From: an uncultured cyanobacterium
GTDB lineage: Bacteria > Cyanobacteriota > Cyanobacteriia > Cyanobacteriales > CAWUOF01
Length of the DNA stretch: 64,000 bases
Direction of reading: 5' to 3'
NCBI GenBank assembly: GCA_963744145.1
Contig: CAVUSO010000001.1
Span: 5,568,001 to 5,632,000, forward strand
The translations under genes were made by a program, and so were the position numbers. The notes below the pieces were generated by a model, which saw only the letters and a list, made by a program, of their open reading frames with translations, was not told the DNA's origin and searched no databases. Below, piece after piece: positions 52,512 to 62,546 of this stretch (its first letter is position 1; every line of letters starts with the position of its first letter).

Positions 52512-54176
52512 TTGACAAAAGAGAGGGATGCCTTTTTGAACCACCGTAATCGGCTAGAAATTGCAGAATACACAGCACTTTTTGGCTCCCTCCTGGGGTC
52601 AATCGCCGCGACTGTTTCGGGACAGATCGCTTATATTGCTATTCCCATGCTGATTGCACTGTGGCTCAATCTGATCAATCGTAAACGTTGGGAAAGACGC
52701 TCTGGGGGAAGAGCGATCGCTTATACTAATAAAATGCGACAGGAATTATTGCAGCAAATTAATTCCGTGCAAACTATCGGTGGATATATTGGACAAACCC
52801 GACCAAATCCGCTGATGAGTACAGAATCATTAGGAGAAATCAAGCGCGTTAAAGATGCGATCGCATCCCTTCAATTACAACTACAAAACCGTCTTTCCCC
52901 ATCGACTCATCAAATTGACCAACCTGCGGTGCAACAGGAACTCTCCCAATTGCAAGATCAATACATCAAATTGCAGGAATCTTTAGAAAATATTATCCAT
53001 TATCTCAATAGTGCTTCTTTACCCGCTCGTGTAGATCGTTTAGAAAAAATTTTCTCCGGTTTACCCAACGAAATTTCTCAATTAGTCCAAAACCAATTAG
53101 ACCAAACCTCGTACATGACCCGATCGCCAAGTGCTGAAACACCAAAAAACCATCATGCTCAATTAAATCCGGATGTTGCTCCCTTACCCAGATCAGTAGC
53201 TGTAGCTGTCACAGAACCCATCAATCAGACCTGGAATTGTGTCTACAATATCGCTGGACATCGGGATTGGGTCAAATCGATCGCCATCAGTCCCCGGGCC
53301 AATATTTTAGCTAGTGGCAGTTTTGATGGTACGATCAAAATTTGGCAAATGACGGTCGATGGACTTCCTCTCCCAGAACCCCTATTTACTTTATCTGGTC
53401 ATAGCAAAGGAGTGTATGCGATCGGGATTAGTCCCGATGGAAACACCTTGGTAAGTGGTAGTTTTGACGAGACCATCAAAATTTGGCAGCTCAATTATGA
53501 TGAAAAAGGTTTAGTTAATCCCTCACCAGTTCATACTCTCACTGGTCATCTTGGTTCAATCAGAGCGATCGCGATTAATCCCAATGGACAAATTCTCGCG
53601 AGTGGTAGCTTTGATGAAACTATCAAAATTTGGCAGTTAGCTACAGGGGAATTAAGTGCTAACATTGTAGATACGGGAGGTCCAGTTTATGCCCTCGCGT
53701 TTAGTCCAGATGGCCAAATCCTGGCTAGTGGTGGTGGTGATGGTACAATTGCTTTATGGCAAATCAATGTCGGACACCCGATCGCCACGATCGCTAGTAG
53801 TTTAGATTCCATCTGTACCCTGAATTTTAGCTCTCAATCCTATACCTTAGCTGCTGGTAGTGGTACTGGAATCATTAAATTTTGGCAGCTCAGTCCAGAT
53901 GAACTCGGACGTCCGATCGTCACCATTTCCCATCATACTCTGAACGGTCATTCTGGTCCGGTATATGCGGTCACGATTAGTCCAGATGGGGATCTACTTG
54001 CTAGTGGTAGTGCTGATGGAACAGTCAAGATTTGGCATTTAGGGACAGAGAAATTGCTAGCTACTCTGGATGAAAATGCAACTAGTTCAGTTTTATCGGT
54101 GGCAATTAGTCCTGATGGCCAGACTCTAGCTTGTGGCAGAGCAGATGGTAATATTAAAATTTGGCAACAGGAATGA
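52512..54176 (+). CDS. TM-coiled coil-WD40 repeat protein
   Basis: About seven GH..SPDG..LASGS.D.TIKIW repeats. Confidence 0.92.
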   Translation: MTKERDAFLNHRNRLEIAEYTALFGSLLGSIAATVSGQIAYIAIPMLIALWLNLINRKRWERRSGGRAIAYTNKMRQELLQQINSVQTIGGYIGQTRPNPLMSTESLGEIKRVKDAIASLQLQLQNRLSPSTHQIDQPAVQQELSQLQDQYIKLQESLENIIHYLNSASLPARVDRLEKIFSGLPNEISQLVQNQLDQTSYMTRSPSAETPKNHHAQLNPDVAPLPRSVAVAVTEPINQTWNCVYNIAGHRDWVKSIAISPRANILASGSFDGTIKIWQMTVDGLPLPEPLFTLSGHSKGVYAIGISPDGNTLVSGSFDETIKIWQLNYDEKGLVNPSPVHTLTGHLGSIRAIAINPNGQILASGSFDETIKIWQLATGELSANIVDTGGPVYALAFSPDGQILASGGGDGTIALWQINVGHPIATIASSLDSICTLNFSSQSYTLAAGSGTGIIKFWQLSPDELGRPIVTISHHTLNGHSGPVYAVTISPDGDLLASGSADGTVKIWHLGTEKLLATLDENATSSVLSVAISPDGQTLACGRADGNIKIWQQE

Positions 54177-54796
54177 AATATCAGCGTCGCTGGTTACAAA
54201 TAGCGGAGTATGTATCGGTTTTTAGTGCAGTTGCTGGCTCAATTGCTTCCCTATTATTACAGCAAGCTGCTTATGCTACTATACCAGTTTCCATTTCCTT
54301 GCTGTTGAATTTGCTGAATCGACAGAACTTTGAGAAACAAACCAAAATTAGTGCGACTGAGGCGATCGCTCTAATTGGTGAAGATACCACCGCGATCGCG
54401 AACCAGTTAGAGGGATTAAGAAACCAAATGAACTATTTAACTTTAGAAACTCCAGCTTTAGGTGCTGCGGAGGATCTCAATTTTTTGGTTTCTACGATGA
54501 TGCAATTGCGCCAACATCAAACTGAAATTGAACAATCTTTTCAGCCCTTAAAAATGCAGTTAGATTTGCTCACTGAACAATTTAAAAAACGACCAGAATT
54601 AGGGCAAATTGACAGCTTAATGAGTATTATTATTGATCTCCAACAGTTTATTAATCAGTTACCCCAGTGGGGAAGTTTACAACAAAAACAATTAGTCGAA
54701 ATTCAAGCAAAAATTGACTTAGCGATCGCTGCTATTCCCGCTCAAGTTGAAGCATCGGTGCAAAAACAAATCCAGGAAATTAATCAGCAAAAATAA
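54173..54796 (+). CDS. Membrane-anchored coiled-coil protein paralogous to the WD40 N-terminus
   Basis: ATGA overlap with the upstream stop; LQIAEY..GSIA..AY..IP..L.LNL.NR shared with ORF 52512. Confidence 0.75.
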   Translation: MKYQRRWLQIAEYVSVFSAVAGSIASLLLQQAAYATIPVSISLLLNLLNRQNFEKQTKISATEAIALIGEDTTAIANQLEGLRNQMNYLTLETPALGAAEDLNFLVSTMMQLRQHQTEIEQSFQPLKMQLDLLTEQFKKRPELGQIDSLMSIIIDLQQFINQLPQWGSLQQKQLVEIQAKIDLAIAAIPAQVEASVQKQIQEINQQK

Positions 54797-54918
54797 TATT
54801 GGTAAGAAGATGCCCCAAAGAACGGCAAAATCAGTTTTTGTCCATTAGTGATAAGTTAAGGTGATAGGTAAATTATCAAGAGCGGTTGAACTAGCTGCAA
54901 ACTTGGAGTGAATTCCAG

Positions 54919-55533
54919 ATGTCAAACAAAATTTTGCGAGAAGGACAATCCTATACCTTTCGCTCCTATTTTGAAATGCCCTACGAAGCGGATGAAATTC
55001 TGGCGGAGTTTGGCTATGAATTACGGCGATCGCGTCTGTTGCTACCTACTGTTCCGACAATTCTAGAGCGATTACCCGAATTAAAACAACGGTTAGAAGA
55101 GACACTGGTGTTAATTAGCCTCAGTAATGAGGCTGCTCGTCGAGAGGCATTGGTATTTCCAGTATTATTGGAAGTAGCCCGGTTCTGTCATTGTCAAATT
55201 CGGATTGAGTATCCTCTCCTGGTCAATGATTGGCTGAAGGGAAATTTGGATTATCTTCTGCGTCGAAATGGAGATTTGTTGGTCATTGAAGCTAAAAATG
55301 CTGATCTGGCGCGGGGATTTACTCAGTTAGCCGTGGAGTTAATTGCTCTGGCGAAAGCAGAAGCTCAGACCGTTCTCTACGGTGCGGTGACGATTGGAGA
55401 CACCTGGCGATTTGGTTATTTGGATACCCAGAGCCATCAAATAACTCAAGATATCGCTCTGTATCGTGTCCCCGATGACCTGGAACAACTCACCCAAATA
55501 CTGATTGGTCTCATTCAAACTCCTTTCTCCTAA
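54919..55533 (+). CDS. PD-(D/E)XK-like (HsdR_N-type) nuclease-fold protein
   Basis: NEAARRE, GNLDYLL..LLVIEAK..GFTQLAVEL..GAVTIG..WRF. Confidence 0.75.
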   Translation: MSNKILREGQSYTFRSYFEMPYEADEILAEFGYELRRSRLLLPTVPTILERLPELKQRLEETLVLISLSNEAARREALVFPVLLEVARFCHCQIRIEYPLLVNDWLKGNLDYLLRRNGDLLVIEAKNADLARGFTQLAVELIALAKAEAQTVLYGAVTIGDTWRFGYLDTQSHQITQDIALYRVPDDLEQLTQILIGLIQTPFS

Positions 55534-55557
55534 TCCACCATTCACTAACTCTGAGGC

Positions 55558-55728
55558 CAATTGCTCAAGCGTTATGCACCTGATCGCACGCTTCATCTTG
55601 CCGTATCAGAAGACATTCGGAAATCAGTGTTTGAAGAAAAAGCCGGTCAAATTCTGATTGAAGATGGCATTATCCGCCTGGTTACATTTGATCCAGTAAA
55701 GGAGGTGATTGTGAAATGGATACCCTAG
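55558..55728 (+). pseudogene. xisH: xisH 3' remnant
   Basis: Manual translation PDRTLHLAVSEDIRKSVFEE..IRLVTFDPVKEVIVKWIP*, overlapping the xisI start; no 5' part. Confidence 0.8.
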
Positions 55729-56051
55729 ACTCGAACTATCGCTCAATTGTGGAAAAATTACTCATCAAGTATGCCGAATTTCTTAAGAGCGATGATGCAC
55801 AAATCGAACTGGTGTTTGATCGAGAACGCAATCATTATTTATTGATTGAAATGGGATGGCAGTATGGCTATCGCATTTATGGCACCTTGCTCCATATTGA
55901 CATTGTTCATGACAAAGTTTGGATTCAGCAGGATGGCACAGAAGCAGGAGTCGCAGAAGAACTCGTCTCAGCAGGCATTTCTAAGAACGCGATTGTTTTG
56001 GGATTCAAATCAATGGAACGCCGTAAACTGACAGAGTTTGCGGTTTCCTGA
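55716..56051 (+). CDS. xisI: XisI protein
   Basis: VFDRERNHYLL..GW..RIYG..HIDI..KVWIQQDGTEAGVAEELV..IVLGF. Confidence 0.92.
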   Translation: MDTLDSNYRSIVEKLLIKYAEFLKSDDAQIELVFDRERNHYLLIEMGWQYGYRIYGTLLHIDIVHDKVWIQQDGTEAGVAEELVSAGISKNAIVLGFKSMERRKLTEFAVS

Positions 56052-56977
56052 GACCATGCTCTATCGATTAGATATTCAAACTGACGTTCTAATTAGTCGA
56101 AATTCAAGCAAAAATTGAATTAGCGATCGCTGCTATTCCCGCTCAAGTTGAAGCATCGGTGCAAAAACAAATCCAGGAAGTTAATCAGCAAAAATAATCT
56201 TCAGCACTACTCGCAACCTAGGGTGTTAATTCTGAACCCTTTATCCCATAAGACTTCATGTCCAAAATATGTCGCATATTTTTATCCCACTTTCCGCATT
56301 TCAAACATACTACACCCAATTTTTTAACGAAGAAAGTGGATTACACGCTTCCTGATTGAGAATAAATATCAAACGGTAGAATAGGGATTTTATAGCCATA
56401 GGGATCTGGATCTCCCAACGAAAAATAAAAGGTTTCAGGCTACGATTTAAAAATTGTCCAGACTATTGTAAGAAGAGAAACACTTGAGCATACATTTAGC
56501 GCATTTAGCGCATCGGAAGGTATATTTAGCGAATCGCAAGATTTTGTAAAAGAAAAAAAACTTACACCAGAAAAACAAGATGAAGCTACTAAGGAAGCTA
56601 CTAAAGTACTTGATTGTATGTCTAGCATAAGGGAACTAAGAGAAACCCTTGAGCATACATTTAGCGCATCGGAAGGTATATCTAGCGAATCGCAAGATTT
56701 TGTAAAAGAAGTTTTAAATAAATTAGGATAAAGATTTTATCGATTTGGTTAATTTTTTTCAGAATCTGCGGGATGAATATCAGGGCAGCAACACAGAATT
56801 AACTATCCTTTTAAAGAAAGTAATGGATTTACTGAAGCTTGAGGATGAACATCAGGTTATTTTGGCCAATGTGACTTTAGGAAAGAATCTCTCCCATGCT
56901 ATGGGGCTATCAATATACTTCCCCCTGCGTGGTTGTTCTCCGTTTTACGATCACTCGGATTTTGCTAGGTGTGGGTG

Positions 56978-58450
56978 CAATACGGTTCGGTTAAGCTTTA
57001 AGCAGTATTGAGGATAGAAAAATTGAGGGTTTCATGTTTAACTCCCTGACCTCTATGAATTGGTTTCTTGGATGGAAATTTGGCGCGAGTTTTTTTAATA
57101 ACACGAGGGTTACTTCTACCTTCACGTTTGGGAATTGGTTCATCCAAAATTTCCCTGATCAACCAACTAAAAAAAAGGGGAAATTCTTCTGGTTGAAGGC
57201 GCTGAAATTTGGGAATAGCACGACGGACAACATTGAGAGTACCAGTAAAACTCAATCGTAAAGGGGAGATGTGAGCAGAGGTGACCGTCGGTCAACATGA
57301 GAGAACGAACCGCCCAATGTCCGAGGAGCCAACCATAAATTTCCTGAACCACTTCACGGGGATGAAGAGAACGAATCAGAGTTTTACGTCCCAATTGATG
57401 AACCTTCAATTCATCGATAGTATTTTCAACTTCCCAACGACGATGATATTCTGTGGCTAATAATAAAGCTGGAAATAAAGCGATGTCCGTCAAACTGGTA
57501 ATCAGACGGTAAGTTTGTGCTTCGCCATTATCAATAGTGTATTCAATGACTCGAACCATAATTTTGGTCATGCCCTGTTTTTTCGACTTGCCGTCGGGAG
57601 CAATCCAGGAGAGATAGGAACCATCATCCAATACCTGCTCCACAGGAAATTTAACATTTTTGGGGATGCGTCCCAAATAATCACATTTTTGGGACAAGGT
57701 GGCTTGCACCATTGCATAAGAATGCAATCCACGATCCCACATTAATAACATTCCAGTGGTGACTGACCGTAGTAACCTTTTCACTCTGACTCGCTCACCG
57801 ATTCGGTAAGGGCAGATCAAGGCATCTACAATTAAATGTGTTCCTGCTTCAATCAATAGAACCAAACGCACCTTGGGAAACGCGGCTCTAGTTCCAGGAC
57901 GACTAGCTGGATATCCAAATACTCTGGCATTTGTGTCGCTATCTGGCACATCAAACACTGTTCCATCTACAGCCATAATTCGCTTTTCACCTAAAAAAGC
58001 CCCTGGGGTTTCCCTAGTAGCCTGTGGTCTAACTACTATGTGAAACAGATGCCGCATTACCCCTGCACCTACTCGCTGTCTAGCTTCTGTAATTGATGAT
58101 TTACATGGTATTCGCCAATAATAACTAACTCTGACCCATGCTTCATTTAAGCCATCAACCAGATTTTTCAACACTGTCCTCATTGACCCCCTAGACCATA
58201 GACTCATCCCAATGATTAGACAGATAACCAGATGCGTTGGTAATGCTCTTTGTCGTTCCTCTTTTCTATTGGTATCTTCAATGGCTTTTTCAATTGCTGT
58301 CGATGGAATCGCTGTTTCTAACGCTTTGAGGATCATCCCTGATTCGACCACAGGTGATATTACAGTGAATTCTTTGAGCTGCATTCCTACTCATTCCATT
58401 TAGGTGACACTTTCATTTTACCTGATTTTTAGCTTAACCGAACCGTATTG
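56978..58450 (-). mobile_element. IS4-family insertion sequence, 1473 bp
   Basis: TIRs CAATACGGTTCGGTTAAGC / GCTTAACCGAACCGTATTG; 10-bp TSD GGTGTGGGTG at 56968-56977 and 58451-58460. Confidence 0.95.
56998..58384 (-). pseudogene. IS4 DDE transposase, frameshifted at ~57290
   Basis: AVDGT, WDRG, YHRRWEVENTIDELK; C-terminus LRLSFTG..NPRVIKK in another frame. Confidence 0.88.
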
Positions 58451-58590
58451 GGTGTGGGTGGGGAGAGTTTATTCGAGTTCATAACACTGGGCGCTGTTCT
58501 TAAGAATCAAGTTCGCTACTTTTGGGAGAATTCGAGGATGTAATCCAAACTAGCCCAAGTTTTGACTGGGATGACACTACCGATGAGGTT

Positions 58591-58686
58591 GGGTGCATCT
58601 CATATTTGCAAATTTATCAATCAGGTAACGAAAAACAAGCATTTCAGCCTCCTGTTTCAAGGTTTTTGCAAAACTGAGATGCACCC
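58591..58686. mobile_element. 96-bp MITE with 9-bp TSD
   Basis: TIRs GGGTGCATCTCA..TTTGCAAA / TTTGCAAA..TGAGATGCACCC; GATGAGGTT at 58582-58590 and 58687-58695. Confidence 0.9.
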
Positions 58687-58791
58687 GATGAGGTTGATTG
58701 TGAGGGGCGATGTAATAAAGAATGCTGAATTACCATAGTAAACACGCAAAACTGCACTACTCTTGCGTAGCAATGTCGATGAGTAGTCAGT

Positions 58792-59385
58792 ATGAAAATT
58801 GTTCAAGAGATTTCTCTGATTAGCATTGGAAATTTTGAAGAATCAAGTGATTGGTCTATTATTCGAGCTGAAATCCGTGAGGCTATTTCCCTGATCGTTT
58901 ATCCTCCTGGGACATCAAACTTTACCATCAACCCAATGAAACACGGCAATGGTGTCAAGCCGATTAAAGAAGCTTGTATGATTGCTTTGAGGGATAGGTT
59001 TAGTTGGAGCTTGGAAACTTCGATTCACTACGCAACTCGATCACCAGGAAAGGTGGATGCAACAAAAGTTGTTGATAACCATCTTTTTGCGCTTGAGTGG
59101 GAGACGGGAAATATCTCCTCAAGTCATCGATCAGTCAATAAGATGGTTCTTGGCTTGTTACGAGGTGTTTTTCTGGGTACTGTTCTAGTACTGCCAAGTA
59201 GAAAACTTTATGCTTATCTAACTGATCGGATTGGCAACTATGAAGAGCTAGAGCCGTATTTTGATGTTTGGCGAGCAGTTCAACTCGTAGAGGGTTTTTT
59301 GGCTATTTTTGTGATTGAACACGATGAAGTAGATAGCAATGTACCAACAATCTCTAAAGGAACAGATGGTCGTGCATTGGTCTAA
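58792..59385 (+). CDS. BamHI-family type II restriction endonuclease
   Basis: GNGVKPIK, LEWETGNISSSHRSVNK, YLTDRIGNYEELEPYF resemble BamHI motifs. Confidence 0.85.
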   Translation: MKIVQEISLISIGNFEESSDWSIIRAEIREAISLIVYPPGTSNFTINPMKHGNGVKPIKEACMIALRDRFSWSLETSIHYATRSPGKVDATKVVDNHLFALEWETGNISSSHRSVNKMVLGLLRGVFLGTVLVLPSRKLYAYLTDRIGNYEELEPYFDVWRAVQLVEGFLAIFVIEHDEVDSNVPTISKGTDGRALV

Positions 59386-59411
59386 ATGTTTATGGATCAA
59401 AACTATGTAGA

Positions 59412-60389
59412 TTAAGGAATGGGAAGTTGTGATGTAGCTGTTTTGCGCTGCTTCAACTTCTTATTTCCTCTTGCTGATTCCCATTGCTCAATGATTCCGT
59501 TAGCTAACTCAGTCAATCGTTCTATTGCTGACTCTGTATCTCCAATTTCTGAACCAATCCAATAACGGTGTAGTTTTTCTGCTGCATAAAATGTAGTACC
59601 CGAACCCCCAAAAGGATCAACTACAATTTGACCTGGATTAGATGCCATAGCGATGATCCTTTCTAGCATAATTGGAGCAAGTTCGTTAGGAACCCGTTTT
59701 TTATGCCGACGATGGCGAACAGGTGGAATATCAGTCCACATTTCCTCAGTTAATGTCCATAACACTTCATTAGAGTCAGCTTCAGGAGTATCTTCCCAAA
59801 CATCCTCTGGCATATCCCAGACATCCATCAAATTGATCCCTTTTTCATTAAGACTTTTGCGATGTCCGCCATAATCACGAATTTCTCCACCACAGTGCCG
59901 ACATACCTGAATGGGTGTATAAATTTTATTAAATACTGTTGGCTCCCCTTTTGTGTAATAGATTAGTCCGTAGTGAGCAGGAGACATCTTTTTGCCTCTG
60001 GGAAAAGCTTTTGGCATCCTGCAAGCAATCCAATGTCGAAACCACATTCCTTTCTGATTAAGATATGCACCATACTCTATGCACCATCTGGGCAAGTTGA
60101 AGACAAATAAACTTCCACCTGGTTTAAGCACTCGAATGCTCTGATCAAGCCAGTGTTTAGACCAACTTAAATACTGATTAACTTCCATCTGATCATTGAC
60201 ACCTTCACCGTATTTCTTACCGAGGTTAAAGGGTGGATCGGCAAATACAAGATCCACAGACTCATTAGGTAAGGCTGATAATAGTTTAAGACAATCTCCT
60301 TGATAGAGGATACCATGCTTACTCATATAAACTTGTTGCAATCCTGGTTGACTTGCAGCATTAGAAGCGATCGCTTGAAACGGGAGCAT
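59412..60389 (-). CDS. Amino-DNA methyltransferase (N4C/N6A, beta order)
   Basis: FADPPFN (motif IV) precedes VDPFGGSGTT (motif I). Confidence 0.92.
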   Translation of the reverse strand: MLPFQAIASNAASQPGLQQVYMSKHGILYQGDCLKLLSALPNESVDLVFADPPFNLGKKYGEGVNDQMEVNQYLSWSKHWLDQSIRVLKPGGSLFVFNLPRWCIEYGAYLNQKGMWFRHWIACRMPKAFPRGKKMSPAHYGLIYYTKGEPTVFNKIYTPIQVCRHCGGEIRDYGGHRKSLNEKGINLMDVWDMPEDVWEDTPEADSNEVLWTLTEEMWTDIPPVRHRRHKKRVPNELAPIMLERIIAMASNPGQIVVDPFGGSGTTFYAAEKLHRYWIGSEIGDTESAIERLTELANGIIEQWESARGNKKLKQRKTATSQLPIP

Positions 60390-60433
60390 TTACTTAGCCT
60401 TTAGTACGTTAATATAACTTGAGATTATAAACT

Positions 60434-60682
60434 CTATTTACATTTGTCAATAGAATTTTCTGGAGAACTTGTACTCCTTGGTTGATAAGGTTTTCCAGTA
60501 GGTTGATTCTGATACCTTTCCAACTCAGGGGCTTCGATATAGTAGTAACGTCCAAGTTTACGAGCTACAATCTGACCATTTTTAATTAGATCATGAACCC
60601 GCTGACGAGTTACATCAAGTAGTTTCGCAGTTTGAGCTACAGAGAGTAATTCAGGATTGTCATTTGAACCGGAGTTTGTCAT
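60434..60682 (-). CDS. Excisionase-type HTH DNA-binding protein, candidate R-M regulator
   Basis: LLSVAQTAKLLDVTRQRVHDLIKNGQIVARKLGRYYYI; immediately upstream of the methylase. Confidence 0.8.
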   Translation of the reverse strand: MTNSGSNDNPELLSVAQTAKLLDVTRQRVHDLIKNGQIVARKLGRYYYIEAPELERYQNQPTGKPYQPRSTSSPENSIDKCK

Positions 60683-60857
60683 AGGATGGATATACTTCAG
60701 TCTATGGAAGATATCATAAGGAAAAAAGTCTTGATCGGATCTGCTATGGAGTAAATGAGCGGGTAAACTCAGGGCAAGCATGAGCTGAACCGTATTGGAA
60801 TAAAATGCTCTTAGACTCTACGGAACTACCCAATAACTAAATCATAGAATTTAATTT

Positions 60858-62366
60858 ATGAATTTTTCTCAACAAAGGTTACACAAACTAGAAATAAAAA
60901 AGCTGAAAAATATTCAAGACCTTATTATTTCTTTTGAAAGCAAAAATGTTACAGCAATTCTAGGTCCTAATGGTTCTGGTAAATCAACTATTCTTCATGC
61001 TTTAGCTTGTTGTTTTCAACCACAAATCGGAAGCAAAGAAAAAGCAAACTATAAGTTTACTGATTTTTTTCCGCCACACTCAGAAACGCTATGGCAAGGT
61101 AGTGAGCTGAAAATAGTTCATACTTATCGGGAAAAAATCTCGCTTTACGAAAAGTAAGAGAAAATCTATGAAAAGAAAAGCGATCGCTGGAAGCCGAGGT
61201 ATAATAATAGACCGATCATAAATATTTGTTACATTGGTGTTGATAGTTGCGTCCCACTAATTGAATCAGAAAAACAAACTACAAGAATTCATTATTCAAC
61301 TAGCCAAGTAAGAGAAGACATTATAAATGAAATCCTAGCTCAAGCTTCATATTGCTTAAATAAAGAATATACAGCTTATTATATCAATCATCTAAAAAAT
61401 GGCAAGAAATTTATTGGTATTGAATCCAAAGGTGTCAGATATTCCGCTCTCAGTATGAGTGCAGGTGAACAAAAAGTATTTATGCTACTAGAGAAAATCT
61501 TTAGAGCTGGGAAGTATAGCCTAATACTAATAGAGGAAATTGATCTTCTCTTACATGATTTAGCAATGCGAAATTTACTAAAAATTATTGTGAAGAGATG
61601 CGAAGATAAAAATCTACAAGTAGTATTTACCACTCATAGGGAATCTATACTTGAACTTTCTGATGTAATTAATATCAGGCATATTTGTGCAACACCAGAG
61701 AAAACTCTTTGCTTTAATGAAACAAAACCAGATGCAATAAATCGTCTGACGGGAAAAAAGCTCACACCTATTGAGGTTTTTGTTGAGGACAATCTAGCAG
61801 CAGCAATAGTAAACAAAGTGGCAGGTCAATTAGGTATTTCTAGACATATTGCCATCCAAAGATTTGGAGCAGCTATAAATTGTTTTACAGTCTTAGCTGG
61901 ACTTTTTCTTACTGGTGAGAGTTGTGAAAACAGTATTTTTATTTTAGATGGCGATGTGCATAAAACCAGAGAGGAACAAGAAAAACAATTGAAAAATGTT
62001 TTGACTGGAGATGATGCAAGCGCCAAAGACAAGAGGCAATTAGCAATTGAGAAAATAATAAGTCTAAATCTTCCAGAAAATGTTTCCCCGGAAAAGTATA
62101 TTCATCGTATTATTATTAGTTTACCAAATAATGAAAATCAAGAATATAATGAAATTATTAAAGTAGCAAAAGAGATTGAATCTCCTGAAGATAAACACGA
62201 ATATGTAAACGCGATAATAAGAAAATTCAATTGGGATAGAAAGGTCGGTTTGTCAAAAATTGTTGATTTAATTAGTCTGGCTGAGGAATGGAATGATTAT
62301 GTGGCTAGTGTAAGAGATTGGCTGAGTTCAAAAAAAGACATAGTGGAGGAATCCAGTAATAATTAA
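60858..62366 (+). pseudogene. ABC-type ATPase + TOPRIM-like protein (OLD/PARIS-like), one in-frame TAA at 61155-61157
   Basis: GPNGSGKST, MSAGEQ, LIEEIDLLLH, TTH, then EVFVED..ILDGD; the two track ORFs are in the same frame with no other stop between them. Confidence 0.85.
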
Positions 62367-62546
62367 CTAAACTTGGTGTATATAATTTTAGTCGCATTGC
62401 GCCAGCTAGCTAACAAGTTACCTCTTCTACCAGCTCTACCTCCTACCATCTTTTAACTAAGTCAAACTGACGTTTAATTAGCTCCTACTTCTGACACAGA
62501 ACCTGCATAAACTCTTTCCCTGACTATCATCCACAAAATTAACACC

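Larger units (their letters stand above)
54690..56198 (+). repeat. 108-bp direct repeat (54690-54797 and 56091-56198) flanking a 1.3-kb insert
   Basis: AATTAGTCGAAATTCAAGC..CAGCAAAAATAAT, two mismatches seen; duplicates the 3' end of the upstream gene. Confidence 0.92.
56727..58503 (+). pseudogene. Clostripain (peptidase C11)-like C-terminal remnant interrupted by IS4
   Basis: FIDLVNF..GLSIYFP..Y..DFARCG | WGEFIR after removing the IS and one TSD copy. Confidence 0.65.

Noticed and set aside
55558..56051. fdxN-type developmental excision element
   Set aside because: No XisF recombinase or nif target is present; xisH is only a remnant and xisHI pairs are widely dispersed
60683..60781. Extended N-terminus of the HTH ORF given in the track
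   Set aside because: The domain starts after ATG 60682; the extension is probably promoter sequence
2913..61816. Many short overlapping or antisense track ORFs (e.g. 2913-3419, 6680-6943, 22066-22326, 41964-42560, 59653-59874)
   Set aside because: They shadow well-supported genes and show no recognisable motifs
62366..62480. Integron attC site after the ATPase gene
   Set aside because: GCTAACAA resembles an inverse core, but I found no complementary GTTRRRY end or integrase
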